Positions 1-14,767 of a DNA stretch of 64,000 nt are shown here, piece after piece; within the stretch, counting starts at the first letter, position 1, and each line of letters opens with the position of its first letter. The translations under genes and the position numbers were made by a program. The notes beneath the pieces are model-generated. The model was not told the origin of the DNA. It searched no databases and was given only the letters and a program-made list of their open reading frames with translations. Origin of the DNA: Eledone cirrhosa. Lineage: Eukaryota. The stretch is taken from positions 12,834,001-12,898,000 of the forward strand of contig OZ024762.1 of the NCBI GenBank assembly GCA_964016885.1, given 5' to 3'.

Positions 1-660
1 TCTATAGTATAGCCATGTGTCTATATAGTATAGCGATGTGTCTATATAGTATAGCCATGTGTCTATATATAGTATAGCGATGTGTCTATATAGTATAGCC
101 ATGTGTCTATATATAGTATAGCGATGTGTCTATATAGTATAGCCATGTGTCTATATATAGTATAGCGATGTGTCTATATTGTATAGCGATGTGTCTATAT
201 AGAGTATAGCGATGTGTCTATATATGGTATAGAGTTATATTTATACATAGTATAGCAATATATCTTTACATAGTATAGCGATGTGTCTATATATAGTATA
301 GCAATGCATATATACATAGTACAGAGATGTGTCTATATATAGTGTAGCAATGTATATATACATAGTACCGTGATGTGTCTATATATAGTATAGCAATGTA
401 TATATACATAGTACAGTGATGTGTCTATACATAGTATCAATGTCACTCTATATAGTACAGTCATGTCTCTATACGTAGTACAGTCATGTCTCTATACGTA
501 GTACAGTCATGTCTCTATACGTAGTACAGTCATGTCTCTATACGTAGTACAGTCATGTCTCTATACATAGTACAGTCATGTCTCTATACATAGTACAGTA
601 ATCTGTCCACATATAGCAGCAATATCTCTATACATAGTACAGCGATATTTCTACATATAG
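1..660. repeat. 21-23 bp minisatellite (GTCTATATAGTATAGCGATGT, drifting to CTCTATACGTAGTACAGTCATGT)
   Basis: Tandem units directly visible; sequence drifts left to right. Confidence 0.9.
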
Positions 661-667
661 TATCTAT

Positions 668-3600
668 GTGTCCCCATTAGTACAGTACCCATGTCTATAT
701 ATATATAGTACAGTGATGTAATCCCATTAGTACAGTACCCATGTCTATATATATATAGTATAGTGATGTAATCCCCATTAGTACAGTACCCATGTCTATA
801 TATATATAGTATAGTGATGTAATCCCCATTAGTACAGTACCCATGTCTATATATATATAGTATAGTGATGTAATCCCCATTAGTACAGTACCCCTGTCTA
901 TATATATATAGTAGAGTGATGTAATCCCCATTAGTACAGTACCCATGTCTATATATATATAGTACAGTGATGTAATCCCCATTAGTACAGTACCCATGTC
1001 TATATATATATAGTATAGTGATGTAATCCCCATTAGTACAGTTCCCATGTCTATATATATATAGTATAGTGATGTAATCCCCATTAGTACAGTACCCATG
1101 TCTATATATATATAGTACAGTGATGTAATCCCATTAGTACAGTACCCATGTCTATATATATATATAGTACAGTGATGTAATCCCATTAGTACAGTACCCA
1201 TGTCTATATATATATAGTATAGTGATGTAATCCCATTAGTACAGTACCCATGTCTATATATATATATAGTACAGTGATGTAATCCCCATTAGTACAGTAC
1301 CCATGTCTATATATATATAGTACAGTGATGTAATCCCCATTAGTACAGTACCCATGTCTATATATATATAGTATAGTGATGTAATCCCCATTAGTACAGT
1401 ACCCATGTCTATATATATATAGTACAGTGATGTAATCCCCATTAGTACAGTACCAATGTCTATATATATATAGTACAGTGATGTAATCCCCATTAGTACA
1501 GTACCCCTGTCTATATATATATAGTACAGTGATGTAATCCCCATTAGTACAGTACCCCTGTCTATATATATATAGTAGAGTGATGTAATCCCCATTAGTA
1601 CAGTACCAATGTCTATATATATATAGTAGAGTGATGTAATTCCCATTAGTACAGTACCCATGTCTATATATATATAGTACAGTGATGTAATCCCATTAGT
1701 ACAGTACCCATGTCTATATATATATAGTACAGTGATGTAATCCCCATTAGTACAGTACCCATGTCTATATATATATAGTATAGTGATGTAATCCCATTAG
1801 TACAGTACCCCTGTCTATATATATATAGTACAGTGATGTAATCCCCATTAGTACAGTACCCCTGTCTATATATATATAGTACAGTGATGTAATCCCCATT
1901 AGTACAGTACCCATGTCTATATATATATAATACAGTGATGTAATCCCCATTAGTACAGTACCCATGTCTATATATATATAGTACAGTGATGTAATCCCCA
2001 TTAGTACAGTACCCATGTCTATATATATATAGTACAGTGATGTAATCCCCATTAGTACAGTACCCATGTCTATATATATATAGTACAGTGATGTAATCCC
2101 ATTAGTACAGTACCCATGTCTATATATATATAGTACAGTGATGTAATCCCCATTAGTACAGTACCCATGTCTATATATATATAGTACAGTGATGTAATCC
2201 CCATTAGTACAGTACCCATGTCTATATATATATATAGTACAGTGATGTAATCCCCATTAGTACAGTACCCCTGTCTATATATATATAGTACAGTGATGTA
2301 ATCCCCATTAGTACAGTACCCCTGTCTATATATATATAGTATAGTGATGTAATCCCCATTAGTACAGTACCCATGTCTATATATATATATAGTATAGTGA
2401 TGTAATTCCCATTAGTACAGTACCCATGTCTATATATATATAGTAGAGTGATGTAATCCCATTAGTACAGTACCCATGTCTATATATATATATAGTACAG
2501 TGATGTAATCCCATTAGTACAGTACCCATCTCTATATATATATAGTATAGTGATGTAGTCCCCATTAGTACAGTACCCCTGTCTATATATATATAGTACA
2601 GTGATGTAATCCCATTAGTACAGTACCAATGTCTATATATATATAGTACAGTGATGTAATCCCCATTAGTACAGTACCCATGTCTATATATATATAGTAC
2701 AGTGATGTAGTCCCCATTAGTACAGTACCCCTGTCTATATATATAGTATAGTGATGTAATCCCCATTAGTACAGTACCCATGTCTATATATATATATAGT
2801 ACAGTGATGTAATCCACATTAGTACAGTACCCCTGTCTATATATATATAGTATAGTGATGTAATCCCATTAGTACAGTACCAATGTCTATATATATATAG
2901 TACAGTGATGTAATCCCCATTAGTACAGTACCCCTGTCTATATATATATAGTACAGTGATGTAATCCCCATTAGTACAGTACCCCTGTCTATATATATAT
3001 AGTATAGTGATGTAATCCCCATTAGTACAGTACCCCTGTCTATATATATATAGTATAGTGATGTAATCCCCATTAGTACAGTACCAATGTCTCTATATAT
3101 ATAGTATAGTGATGTAATCCCATTAGTACAGTACCCCTGTCTATATATATATAGTACAGTGATGTAATCCCCATTAGTACAGTACCAATGTCTATATATA
3201 TATAGTACAGTGATGTAATCCCCATTAGTACAGTACCCATGTCTATATATATATAGTATAGTGATGTAATCCCCATTAGTACAGTACCCATGTCTATATA
3301 TATATAGTACAGTGATGTAATCCCCATTAGTACAGTACCCATGTCTATATATATATAGTACAGTGATGTAATCCCCATTAGTACAGTACCCATGTCTATA
3401 TATATATAGTATAGTGATGTAATCCCATTAGTACAGTACCCATGTCTATATATATATAGTACAGTGATGTAATCCCCATTAGTACAGTACCCATGTCTAT
3501 ATATATATAGTACAGTGATGTAATCCCATTAGTACAGTACCCATCTCTATATATATATAGTACAGTGATGTAATCCCATTAGTACAGTACCCATGTCTAT

Positions 3601-3680
3601 ATATATATAGTACAGTGATGTAATCCCATTAGTACAGTACCCCTGTCTATATATATATATAGTACAGTGATGTAGTCCAC
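668..3680. repeat. ~51 bp minisatellite GTCT(AT)5AGTACAGTGATGTAATCCCCATTAGTACAGTACCCAT, roughly 59 copies
   Basis: Homogeneous tandem array; explains the MGTVLMGITSLYYIYID ORFs. Confidence 0.97.
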
Positions 3681-3740
3681 ACGTAATGGCGGTATGTTTC
3701 TCATAGTAGAGGTGGCTGTCTGCTATATGTATTTACATAC

Positions 3741-3789
<49 letters not shown>

Positions 3790-3834
3790 TTAGTGACTAC
3801 AAACACACACATATATATATCCATATATATATCC

Positions 3835-3866
<32 letters not shown>

Positions 3867-3888
3867 ATACATATATGTCTATATATAA

Positions 3889-3924
<36 letters not shown>

Positions 3925-3968
3925 ATATAAATAAAAATATATATATATCCCTATATATATATATATAT

Positions 3969-4078
3969 AAGGAAGGAATTGTGGTAAGGAACCAGATGGA
4001 CTAGAAAAGACTCTTACTTTAGTCCAGAAATAGCCGTCGAAACGGCTTGAGCTCTGCCGTCGGGGTCATACTTTCTCA
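3969..4078 (+). mobile_element. Hammerhead-half fold-back element, same family as 33897-34093
   Basis: 4021-4068 GTCCAGAAATAGCCGTC-GAAA-CGGC ttgagctct GCCG-TC-GGGGTC is near-identical to 34035-34079; 3969-4001 matches the reversed tail at ~33900-33930; (TA)n flanks. Confidence 0.75.
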
Positions 4079-4080
4079 TA

Positions 4081-4148
<68 letters not shown>

Positions 4149-4429
4149 TATATATATATATATATATATATCCCTATATATATATATATATATAGTGATA
4201 TACATATATATATATATATATATCCCTATATATATATATATATATAGTGATATACATATATATATATATATCCCTATATATATATATATATATAGTGATA
4301 TATATCCATATATATATATATCCCTATATATATATATAGTGATATATATCCATATATATATATATATCATGAATTTATAGTCATATAATATACATCCCTC
4401 TTTCTCTTTATAAATACACACACACACAC

Positions 4430-4518
<89 letters not shown>

Positions 4519-4648
4519 GTACATTAGTATGCGGCTTGCATATGTTTGCAGTTAATTGGTTGGATCACGTGATAACCTCGCCATGACACAGTGACGAGCT
4601 GCCGTCAATATTTGCATAATTTAGCTTCACGCTTCATTACACACGTCA

Positions 4649-4650
<2 letters not shown>

Positions 4651-4713
<63 letters not shown>

Positions 4714-4734
4714 ACTGCACTGTGTGTGTGCATG

Positions 4735-4768
<34 letters not shown>

Positions 4769-4799
4769 TGTATGTATGTATGTGTGTGTGTATGTGTGT

Positions 4800-4883
<84 letters not shown>

Positions 4884-5008
4884 TATATATGTATGTATGT
4901 ATGTATGTATGTTATGTATGTATGTATGTATGTATGTATGTATGTTATGTATGTTATGTATGTATGTATGTATGTATGTGTGTATGTATGTATGTTATAT
5001 ATGTATGT

Positions 5009-5042
<34 letters not shown>

Positions 5043-5078
5043 TGTTATGTATGTATGTATGTATGTATGTGTGTATGT

Positions 5079-5110
<32 letters not shown>

Positions 5111-6367
5111 GTGTGTGACCGTCAATTGTTGTACTGCATATATATATATATATATGTATATGTATATATATATATATGTATATATATGTATATATATATA
5201 TGTATATATATATATGTATATGTATATGTATATGTGTGCGTTTGTGTATATGTGTGGATATATGTGTCAATGTGTGTATCTATGTATGTGTTTCTATGTG
5301 TGAATGTGTGTATGTATGTATGTATGTGTCAATGTGTGTGTGTATGTATGTATGTGTATATGTGTTCATGTATGTATGTATGTGTATATAAGTGTGAACG
5401 TGTGTATGTATGTATGTGTATATGTGTTCATGTATTTATGTATGTGTATATAAGTGCGAAAATGTGTATGTATGTATGTGTCAATGTGTGTATGTATGTA
5501 TATATGTGTTCATGTATGTATGTGTATATAAGTTCGAATGTGTGTATGTATGTATGTGTCAATGTGTGTATGTATGTGTATATGTGTTCATGTATGTATG
5601 TGTATATAAGTGTGAATGTGTGTATGTATGTGTCAATGTGTGTATATATGTGTATATGTGTTCATGTATGTATGTGTATATAAGTTCGAATGTGTGTATG
5701 TATGTATGTGTCAATGTGTGTATGTATGTGTATATGTGTTCATGTATGTATGTGTATATAAGTGTGAATGTGTGTATGTATGTGTCAATGTGTGTATATA
5801 TGTGTATATGTGTTCATGTATGTATGTGTATATAAGTGTGAATGTGTGTATGTATGTATGTGTCAATGTGTGTATATATGTGTATATATGTTCATGTATG
5901 TATGTATGTATGTGTATATAAGTGTGAATGTGTGTATGTATGTGTATATGTGTTCATGTATGTATGTATGTATGTGTATATAAGTGTGAACGTGTGTATG
6001 TATGTATGTGTCAATGTGTGTATGTATGTGTATATATGTTCATGTATGTATGTATGTATGTGTATATAAGTGTGAATGTGTGTATGTATGTATGTGTATA
6101 TAAGTGTGAATGTGTGTATGTATGTGTATATGTGTTCATGTATGTATGTATGTATGTGTATATAAGTGTGAAAGTGTGTGTGTATGTATGTGTCAATGTG
6201 TGTATGTATGTGTATATGTGATCATGTATGTATGTATATATGTGTATATAAGTGTGAACGGGTGTATGTATGTATGTGTCAATGTGTGTATGTATGTGTA
6301 TATAAGTGTGAATGTATGTATGGTCGTTACTATTTTTTGTCGGTGTGCGGATGAGTGACTATACGAG

Positions 6368-6420
<53 letters not shown>
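4651..6420. repeat. (CA)n/(TG)n/(TATG)n microsatellites and a derived ~60-70 bp minisatellite (5260-6320)
   Basis: Recurrent GTCAATG, GTTCATG and TATAAGTGTGAA marks on a TATG background. Confidence 0.9.
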
Positions 6421-6547
6421 ACATGTATGTGCACTCGTGTGTGACAGTGTGATTGTTTTTCTATGCATGAGTGTCTTCTGAAGGAGTAGGTTACGATGTA
6501 TATGCTGACGTACATATATATATATTTATATATGTATATATATATAC

Positions 6548-6617
<70 letters not shown>

Positions 6618-6626
6618 GTAGATGTA

Positions 6627-6667
<41 letters not shown>

Positions 6668-7386
6668 GTATATATGTATATAAATGATGTGTCTATGAAG
6701 CCATATACAAGATATGTATTATATATACATACATACATGTATATATATACATATATAAATTATGTGCCTCTCTCTCTATACATGTGGGTGTATGTGTGTG
6801 TGAGTGTGAGTGTGTGTATGTGTGAGTGTGCTTGTGTGTGTATGTATACGTATGTGTGTATAATATGCCTAAGGTGAAAAGTGTGAACATCATTATATAC
6901 CCCATTTAACTCATTTCTGTAAAATGACTACTTTATATACACATACACATATATATGTGTGAGTGTGTATATATAAATATATACACACTCACATATGTAC
7001 AGATGTTATATATACATAGACACACACACACACACACAGACATATATATATATATACACACACACAGACACACATATATATATATACACACACACACACT
7101 CACATAAGTACATATGTTATATAAATATATATGTATACATATATATATGGGCGTATATATATGTATATCTATATATACCCAGATAAGTACACACATATAT
7201 ATATATGTATCTATATAAATACATGCCGCTCCCACACACACACATTATATATATATATATATATATATAGATAGATAAGTGTGTATAACTATATGCATAA
7301 TTATTTATTTATGTGGTTCAAGAGTGATAATGCATGAATAAATTATATATATATGTATGTATGTATATATACATATATATACTTAC

Positions 7387-7448
<62 letters not shown>

Positions 7449-7586
7449 CATACATATATACATACATATATATACATGCATATATATATATGCATATATA
7501 TATATATATATATATATACATACATATATATATATATATACATATATTATATGCATATATATATATATACATACATATATATATGC

Positions 7587-7617
<31 letters not shown>

Positions 7618-7701
7618 CATATATATATATGCATATATATATATATATATATACATATATATATGCATATATATATATATATATACATACATTCTACATA
7701 C

Positions 7702-7764
<63 letters not shown>

Positions 7765-8047
7765 CATACATATATATATATACATACATATATATATATA
7801 CATACATACATATATATACATACATACATATATATATATACATACATATATATATATACATACATACATATATATATATACATACATACATACATATATA
7901 CACACATACATATATATATACATACATACATATATATACATACATACATATATATACATACATACATATATATATACATACATACATATATATATACATA
8001 CATATATATATATACATACATATATATATACATACATATATATATAT

Positions 8048-8106
<59 letters not shown>

Positions 8107-8142
8107 TGTATGTATGTATATATATATATACATAAATGTATG

Positions 8143-8203
<61 letters not shown>

Positions 8204-8250
8204 ATATATATATATACACATTTATTGGCAACATGACCCTCCCAAAGTAT

Positions 8251-8315
<65 letters not shown>

Positions 8316-8328
8316 AATGTATGTATAT

Positions 8329-8677
8329 ATATTGTTATACTTTGGGAGGGTCATGCTGCCAATAAGAAACACACGCACCAGTTGCTTTCACTTCAATTTA
8401 ATTTAATATATATTTATAAATTTACAAATTTATAAATTTCTGGTTGGTTGGTTGGTTCCACAACCAGATAGTTGTTTATATATATATATAGTCATAGTTC
8501 TTTCGTCACACACTCTGTGACCTCTTCAGTGACTGGGGATTTCTTTCTTCGTTTCTGTGCCTTTCCTTTCTTCTATCCTACGCCATTTATAAATATATAT
8601 TAAATTAAATTGAAGTGAAAGCAACTGGTGCGTGTGTTTCTTATTGGCAGCATGACCCTCCCAAAGTATAACAATAT
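8329..8677. mobile_element. Inverted repeat (~93 bp arms, 8329-8421 and 8585-8677) enclosing a hammerhead; third partial arm at 8222-8258
   Basis: ATTGTTATACTTTGGGAGGGTCATGCTGCCAATAAG... and its reverse complement. Confidence 0.85.
8490..8534 (-). ncRNA. Type I minimal hammerhead ribozyme, intact core
   Basis: Minus strand reads AGUCA-CUGAAGA-G-GUCACA gagug UGUGAC-GAAA-G aa C-UA-UGACU: 5-bp stem I, 6-bp stem II, 1-bp stem III, CUA cleavage triplet. Confidence 0.85.
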
Positions 8678-8733
8678 CGGTTTCAACACACGATTTCAGA
8701 TAAAGAATCTTGCTAAACAAATTCAGAAACGAA

Positions 8734-8782
<49 letters not shown>

Positions 8783-8864
8783 CATAAATATATATATATA
8801 TATACATATCTATCTATCTACACATCTATCTAAATACATACAGAAAGACACCAATTTAATATTA

Positions 8865-9860
8865 GCTGGTTGACTAGAGGGCTGGTGGATGGTTGAGGGG
8901 TTGGTTGGTTGAGTGGTTGGTTGGTTGGTTGGTTGGTTGAGTGGTTGGTTGGTTGAGTGGTTGGTTGGTTGGTTGGTTGGTTGGTTGGTTGGTTGGTTGG
9001 TTGAGTGGTTGGTTGAGGGGTTGGTTGGTTGGTTGGTTGGTTGGTTGGTTGGTTGAGTGGTTGGTTGAGTGGTTGGTTGGTTGGCTGGATGGTTGAGGGG
9101 TTGGTTGGTTGGTTGAGTGGTTGGATGGTTGGTTGGTTGGTTGAGTGGTTGGATGGTTGAGGGGTTGGTTGGTTGGTTGGTTGGTTGGTTGGTTGGTTGG
9201 TTGGTTGGTTGAGTGGTTGGATGGTTGAGGGGTTGGTTGGTTGGTTGAGTGGTTGGATGGTTGAGTGGTTGGATGGTTGAAGGGTTGGTTGGTTAGTTGG
9301 TTGGTTGAGTGGTTGCATGGTTGAGGGGTTGGTTGGTTGGTTGAGTGGTTGGATGGTTGGTTGGTTGGTTGAGTGGTTGGATGGTTGAGTGGTTGGATGG
9401 TTGAGTGGTTGGATGGTTGAGGGGTGGGTTGGTTGGTTGGTTGGTTGAGTGGTTGGTTGGTTGGTTGAGTGGTTGGATGGTTGAGTGGTTGGATGGTTGA
9501 GGGGTTGGTTGGATGGTTGAGGGGTTGGTTGGTTGGTTGGTTTGATCGTTGAGTGGTTGGATGGTTGGGGGGTTGGTTGGTTGGTCGGATGGTTGGTTGG
9601 ATGGTTGGATGGTTGGCTGGATGGTTGGGTGGTTGGTTGGATGGTTGGATGGTTGGTTGCCCGGCTGGCTGGCTTGATGGTTTGTCGGCTACAGGCTGTA
9701 CGCATGGTTGACTAGATGGTTGGTTAGCCTCTTGGTTAGATGGTTGATGGTTGGCTGGGTAACCTGGTTGCGTGGTAGGCTTGCTGGATGAATGGTAGGC
9801 CGGTTGGCTGGCCGGCGGTTTCGTTGGTTGGATGGTAAGCTGGGTGAATGGATGGTAAGC
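8865..9860. repeat. Degenerate (TGGT/TGGA)n simple repeat
   Basis: Directly visible. Confidence 0.95.
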
Positions 9861-10087
9861 TGAATGACGTCCATTAACTGGAACTAAGCTGACAAAATCA
9901 ATGGATGGCTGCCAAAATGGAGATTCTATGATTCTCCCCAGAACAGAAGTGACATCCGGGACATCAGACTCTCCACATATTTACACTTTATCTTTGTTAG
10001 GCATTAGTGTCTTTCGATGTGATGGCCACGGTGGGAATGGCAATAGTAACTGTGTAGCTATGTATGTATTTATGTATGTACGTATGT

Positions 10088-10138
<51 letters not shown>

Positions 10139-10172
10139 CACTTACGTATGTATAAATATATGCTTGTATGTC

Positions 10173-10343
<171 letters not shown>

Positions 10344-10438
10344 ATCTATATATATATCTATACACATACCTATACGTATGTGTATATATATATATACACA
10401 CACATACCTATACGTATGTGTGTGTATATATATATATA

Positions 10439-10470
<32 letters not shown>

Positions 10471-10569
10471 CAGGGTGTCCCAAAAATGTATACATACTTC
10501 AACAGCATTGTGATAAATATTGCTTGTATAGGCAATCAAAGTATGTATACATTTTTTGGGGACAACCTG
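10471..10569. mobile_element. Tc1/mariner-type MITE with CAGGGTGTCCCAAAAATGTATACA terminal inverted repeats (TIRs)
   Basis: TIRs, TA flanks, multiple copies in the window. Confidence 0.85.
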
Positions 10570-10970
10570 TATATATATATATATATATATATATGTGCAT
10601 ATACGTATGTACATATGTATCTATGCATATATATACTTATATGTATGTATATCTATATATACATGTATGTATATATGTATATATATGTATATATATGTAT
10701 ATATATATATGTATATATATGTATATATACATGTATGTATATACATGTGTGTATGTGTATATGGGTGTATATGTATGTCTGTTTGGTTGGTGTGTGCCAG
10801 CCTCTGTCACCCGTGTCTTGGTTGAAGTAAATATGACACTCCTTACATACGTATTGAGTTCTTTCACAGTTAATGGCTCTATGGTATCTATATAACACAC
10901 ACATATATACACACCCTTCATATATATATATGTGTATATATATATTTATATACATATATATATGTATATA

Positions 10971-11150
<180 letters not shown>

Positions 11151-11459
11151 TATACATACACACATACATATATGTATGAAGTATTCACACATACATATAC
11201 ATATATGAATATGTATAAATCTAGGAACAGAGACGCACAAACACACACACAGACACACACAGACACACACACAGCCACACACACAGACACACACACACAC
11301 AGCTACACACACACAGCCACACACAGCCACACACATACAGGCACACACACACAGACACACACACACACAGCTACACACACACAGCCACACACACACAGGC
11401 ACACACACACACAAGCACACACACACAGCCACACACACACAACCATACACACAAACACA

Positions 11460-11606
11460 CACACACAGACACCCCCCACATCTATATACCGTGTGTTCTG
11501 TCATCAGACAAACACACACACACTCACACACACAGCCAAATACACACACACAGACCCCTCCCCCCACATCTATATACCGTGTGTTCTGTCATCAGAGACA
11601 CACACA

Positions 11607-11665
<59 letters not shown>

Positions 11666-13360
11666 TCACACACAGACACCCCCACATCTATATACCGTGT
11701 GTTCTGTCATCAGAGAGACACACACACAGACCCCCCACATCTATATACCGTGTGTTCTGTCATCAGACAAACACACAAACACACACACATACACACACAC
11801 TCACACACACACAGACCCCCCCACATCTATATACCGTGTGTTCTGTCATCAGAGAGAGACACACACAGACCCCCTCCCACATCTATATACCGTGTGTTCT
11901 GTCATCAGAGAGACACACACACAGACCCCCCCCTCATCTATATACCGTGTGTTCTGTCATCAGAGAGACACACACACAGACCCCCCCCCCACACATCTAT
12001 ATACCGTGTGTTCTGTCATCAGAGAGACACACACACAGACCCCCCCCACATCTATATACCGTGTGTTCTGTCATCAGAGACTCACACACACAGACCCCCC
12101 ATCACACATCTATATACCGTGTGTTCTGTCATCAGAGAGACACACACACAGACCTCCCCCACATCTATATACCGTGTGTTCTGTCATCAGAGAGACACAC
12201 ACACAGACCCCCCCACATCTATATACCGTGTGTTCTGTCATCAGAGAGACACACACAGACCCCCCCCCCACATCTATATACCGTGTGTTCTGTCATCAGA
12301 GAGACACACACACAGACACCCCCCACATCTATATACCGTGTGTTCTGTCATCAGAGAGACACACACACAGACCCCCCATCACACATCTATATACCGTGTG
12401 TTCTGTCATCAGAGAGTCACACACACAGACCCCCCATCACACATCTATATACCGTGTGTTCTGTCATCAGAGAGACACAGACACAGACCCCCCCACATCT
12501 ATATACCGTGTGTTCTGTCATCAGAGAGACACACACACAGACCCCCCCCACATCTATATACCGTGTGTTCTGTCATCAGAGAGACACACACACAGACCCC
12601 CCCCCACATCTATATACCGTGTGTTCTGTCATCAGAGAGACACACACACAGACCCCCCCTCATCTATATACCGTGTGTTCTGTCATCAGAGAGACACACA
12701 CACAGACCCCCCCCTCATCTATATACCGTGTGTTCTGTCATCAGAGAGACACACACACAGACCCCCCCACATCTATATACCGTGTGTTCTGTCATCAGAG
12801 AGACACACACATAGACCCCCCCACATCTATATACCGTGTGTTCTGTCATCAGAGAGACACACACACAGACCCCCCCCCACATCTATATACCGTGTGTTCT
12901 GTCATCAGAGAGACACACACACAGACACCCCCCACATCTATATACCGTGTGTTCTGTCATCAGAGAGACACACACACAGACCCCCCCCCACATCTATATA
13001 CCGTGTGTTCTGTCATCAGAGAGACACACACACAGACCCCCCCCACATCTATATACCGTTGATTCTCTCATCAGAGAGACACAAACACAGAGCCCCCCCC
13101 TCATCTATATACCGTGTGTTCTGTCATCAGAGAGAGACACACACAGACCCCCCATCACACATCTATATACCGTGTGTTCTGTCATCAGAGAGAGACACAC
13201 ACAGACCCCCCATCACACATCTATATACCGTGTGTTCTGTCATCAGAGAGAGACACACACAGACCCCCCATCACACATCTATATACCGTGTGTTCTGTCA
13301 TCAGAGAGAGACACACACAGACCCCCCCCACAATCTATATACCGTGTGTTCTGTCATCAA
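11460..13360. repeat. ~58-60 bp minisatellite CACATCTATATACCGTGTGTTCTGTCATCAGAGAGACACACACACAGA(C)n, about 30 copies
   Basis: Tandem array with variable poly-C length. Confidence 0.97.
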
Positions 13361-14029
13361 ATGACGTCATATTCTCCTTTCAAGTTTTCTTCTATAGAAT
13401 TTATAACAACGGTGTCATTGCATTTCAAATATTTTACAGCATCTCTCTCTCTCTCTCTCTCTCTATACACACACACACACACTCTCCCTCTCTCTCTCCA
13501 CACACACTCCCTCTCTCTCGCTCTACACACACACTCATTCTCTTTCTTCCTCTCTCTCTTTCTTCCTCTCTCTCTTCCCTTTCTTAGTTTTAATCATTCT
13601 CCCTCTCTCTCCGTCTACCACTCTCTCTCTCTCCCTTTCTCTTCCCATCCTTCCCCACCCCCTTCTTGCACATAACTCGGTGTCAGGTATTGCACTTTAC
13701 AATTTCCATTATATGCACTATTATACATACATCTGTATATGCATATACATATACGCATATATATATATATATATATACATATACATACATATACATATAC
13801 ATACATACACATACATACATATATACATACACATGAACATATATATATACATACATATATACATATACATACATATATATATACATATATATATATACAT
13901 ATACATATATATATATATATTATATATATACAGTATATGTATATAAAAGGAGATTGGTTGCGATTCATACATATCCATCCATATGTATGTGTGTATATAT
14001 ATATATATATGTTTGTATATATACACACA

Positions 14030-14760
14030 TACATATATGTATAAGTGTGTGTATACACAAGCACACTTCTCTCTCTCTCTTATATATATATATATTTGTA
14101 TATATACACATAGATATATATGTATAAGTGTGTTTATACACAAGCACACTTCTCTCTCTCTCTTATATATATATATATATTTGTATATATACACATACAT
14201 ATATATGTATAAGTGTGTGTATACACAAGTACACTTCTCTCTCTCTCTTATATATATATATTTGTATATATACACATACATATATATGTATAAGTGTGTT
14301 TATACACAAGCACACTTCTCTCTCTCTCATATATATATATATTTGTATATATACACATACATATATATGTATAAGTGTGTTTATACACAAGCACACTTCT
14401 CTCTCTCTCATATATATATATATTTGTATATATACACATACATATATATGTATAAGTGTGTTTATACACAAGCACACTTCTCTCTCTCTCTTATATATAT
14501 ATATATTTGTATATATACACATACATATATATGTATAAGTGTGTTTATACACAAACACACTTCTCTCTCTCTTATATATATATATATATATTTGTATATA
14601 TACACATACATATATATGTATAAGTGTGTTTATACACAAGCACACTTCTCTCTCTCTCTCATATATATATTTATATATATTTGTATATATACACATACAT
14701 ATATATGTATAAGTGTGTGTATACACAAGCACACTTCTCTCTCTCTCTTATATATATATA
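14030..14760. repeat. ~63-65 bp minisatellite (GTATAAGTGTGTTTATACACAAGCACACTTCTC...)
   Basis: About 11 tandem units. Confidence 0.95.
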
Positions 14761-14767
14761 TATATAC

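Noticed and set aside
8865-9860. Telomeric repeat
   Set aside because: Units are TGGT/TGGA, not TTAGGG.
9870-10060. Unique ~190-bp island as a coding exon
   Set aside because: No frame gave a protein I recognise and splice signals are ambiguous; BLASTx or RNA-seq would be needed.
11460-13360. CTGATGA in every 59-bp unit on the minus strand, suggesting a tandem retrozyme
   Set aside because: No GAAA or stem II/III follows the motif, so a hammerhead cannot be folded.
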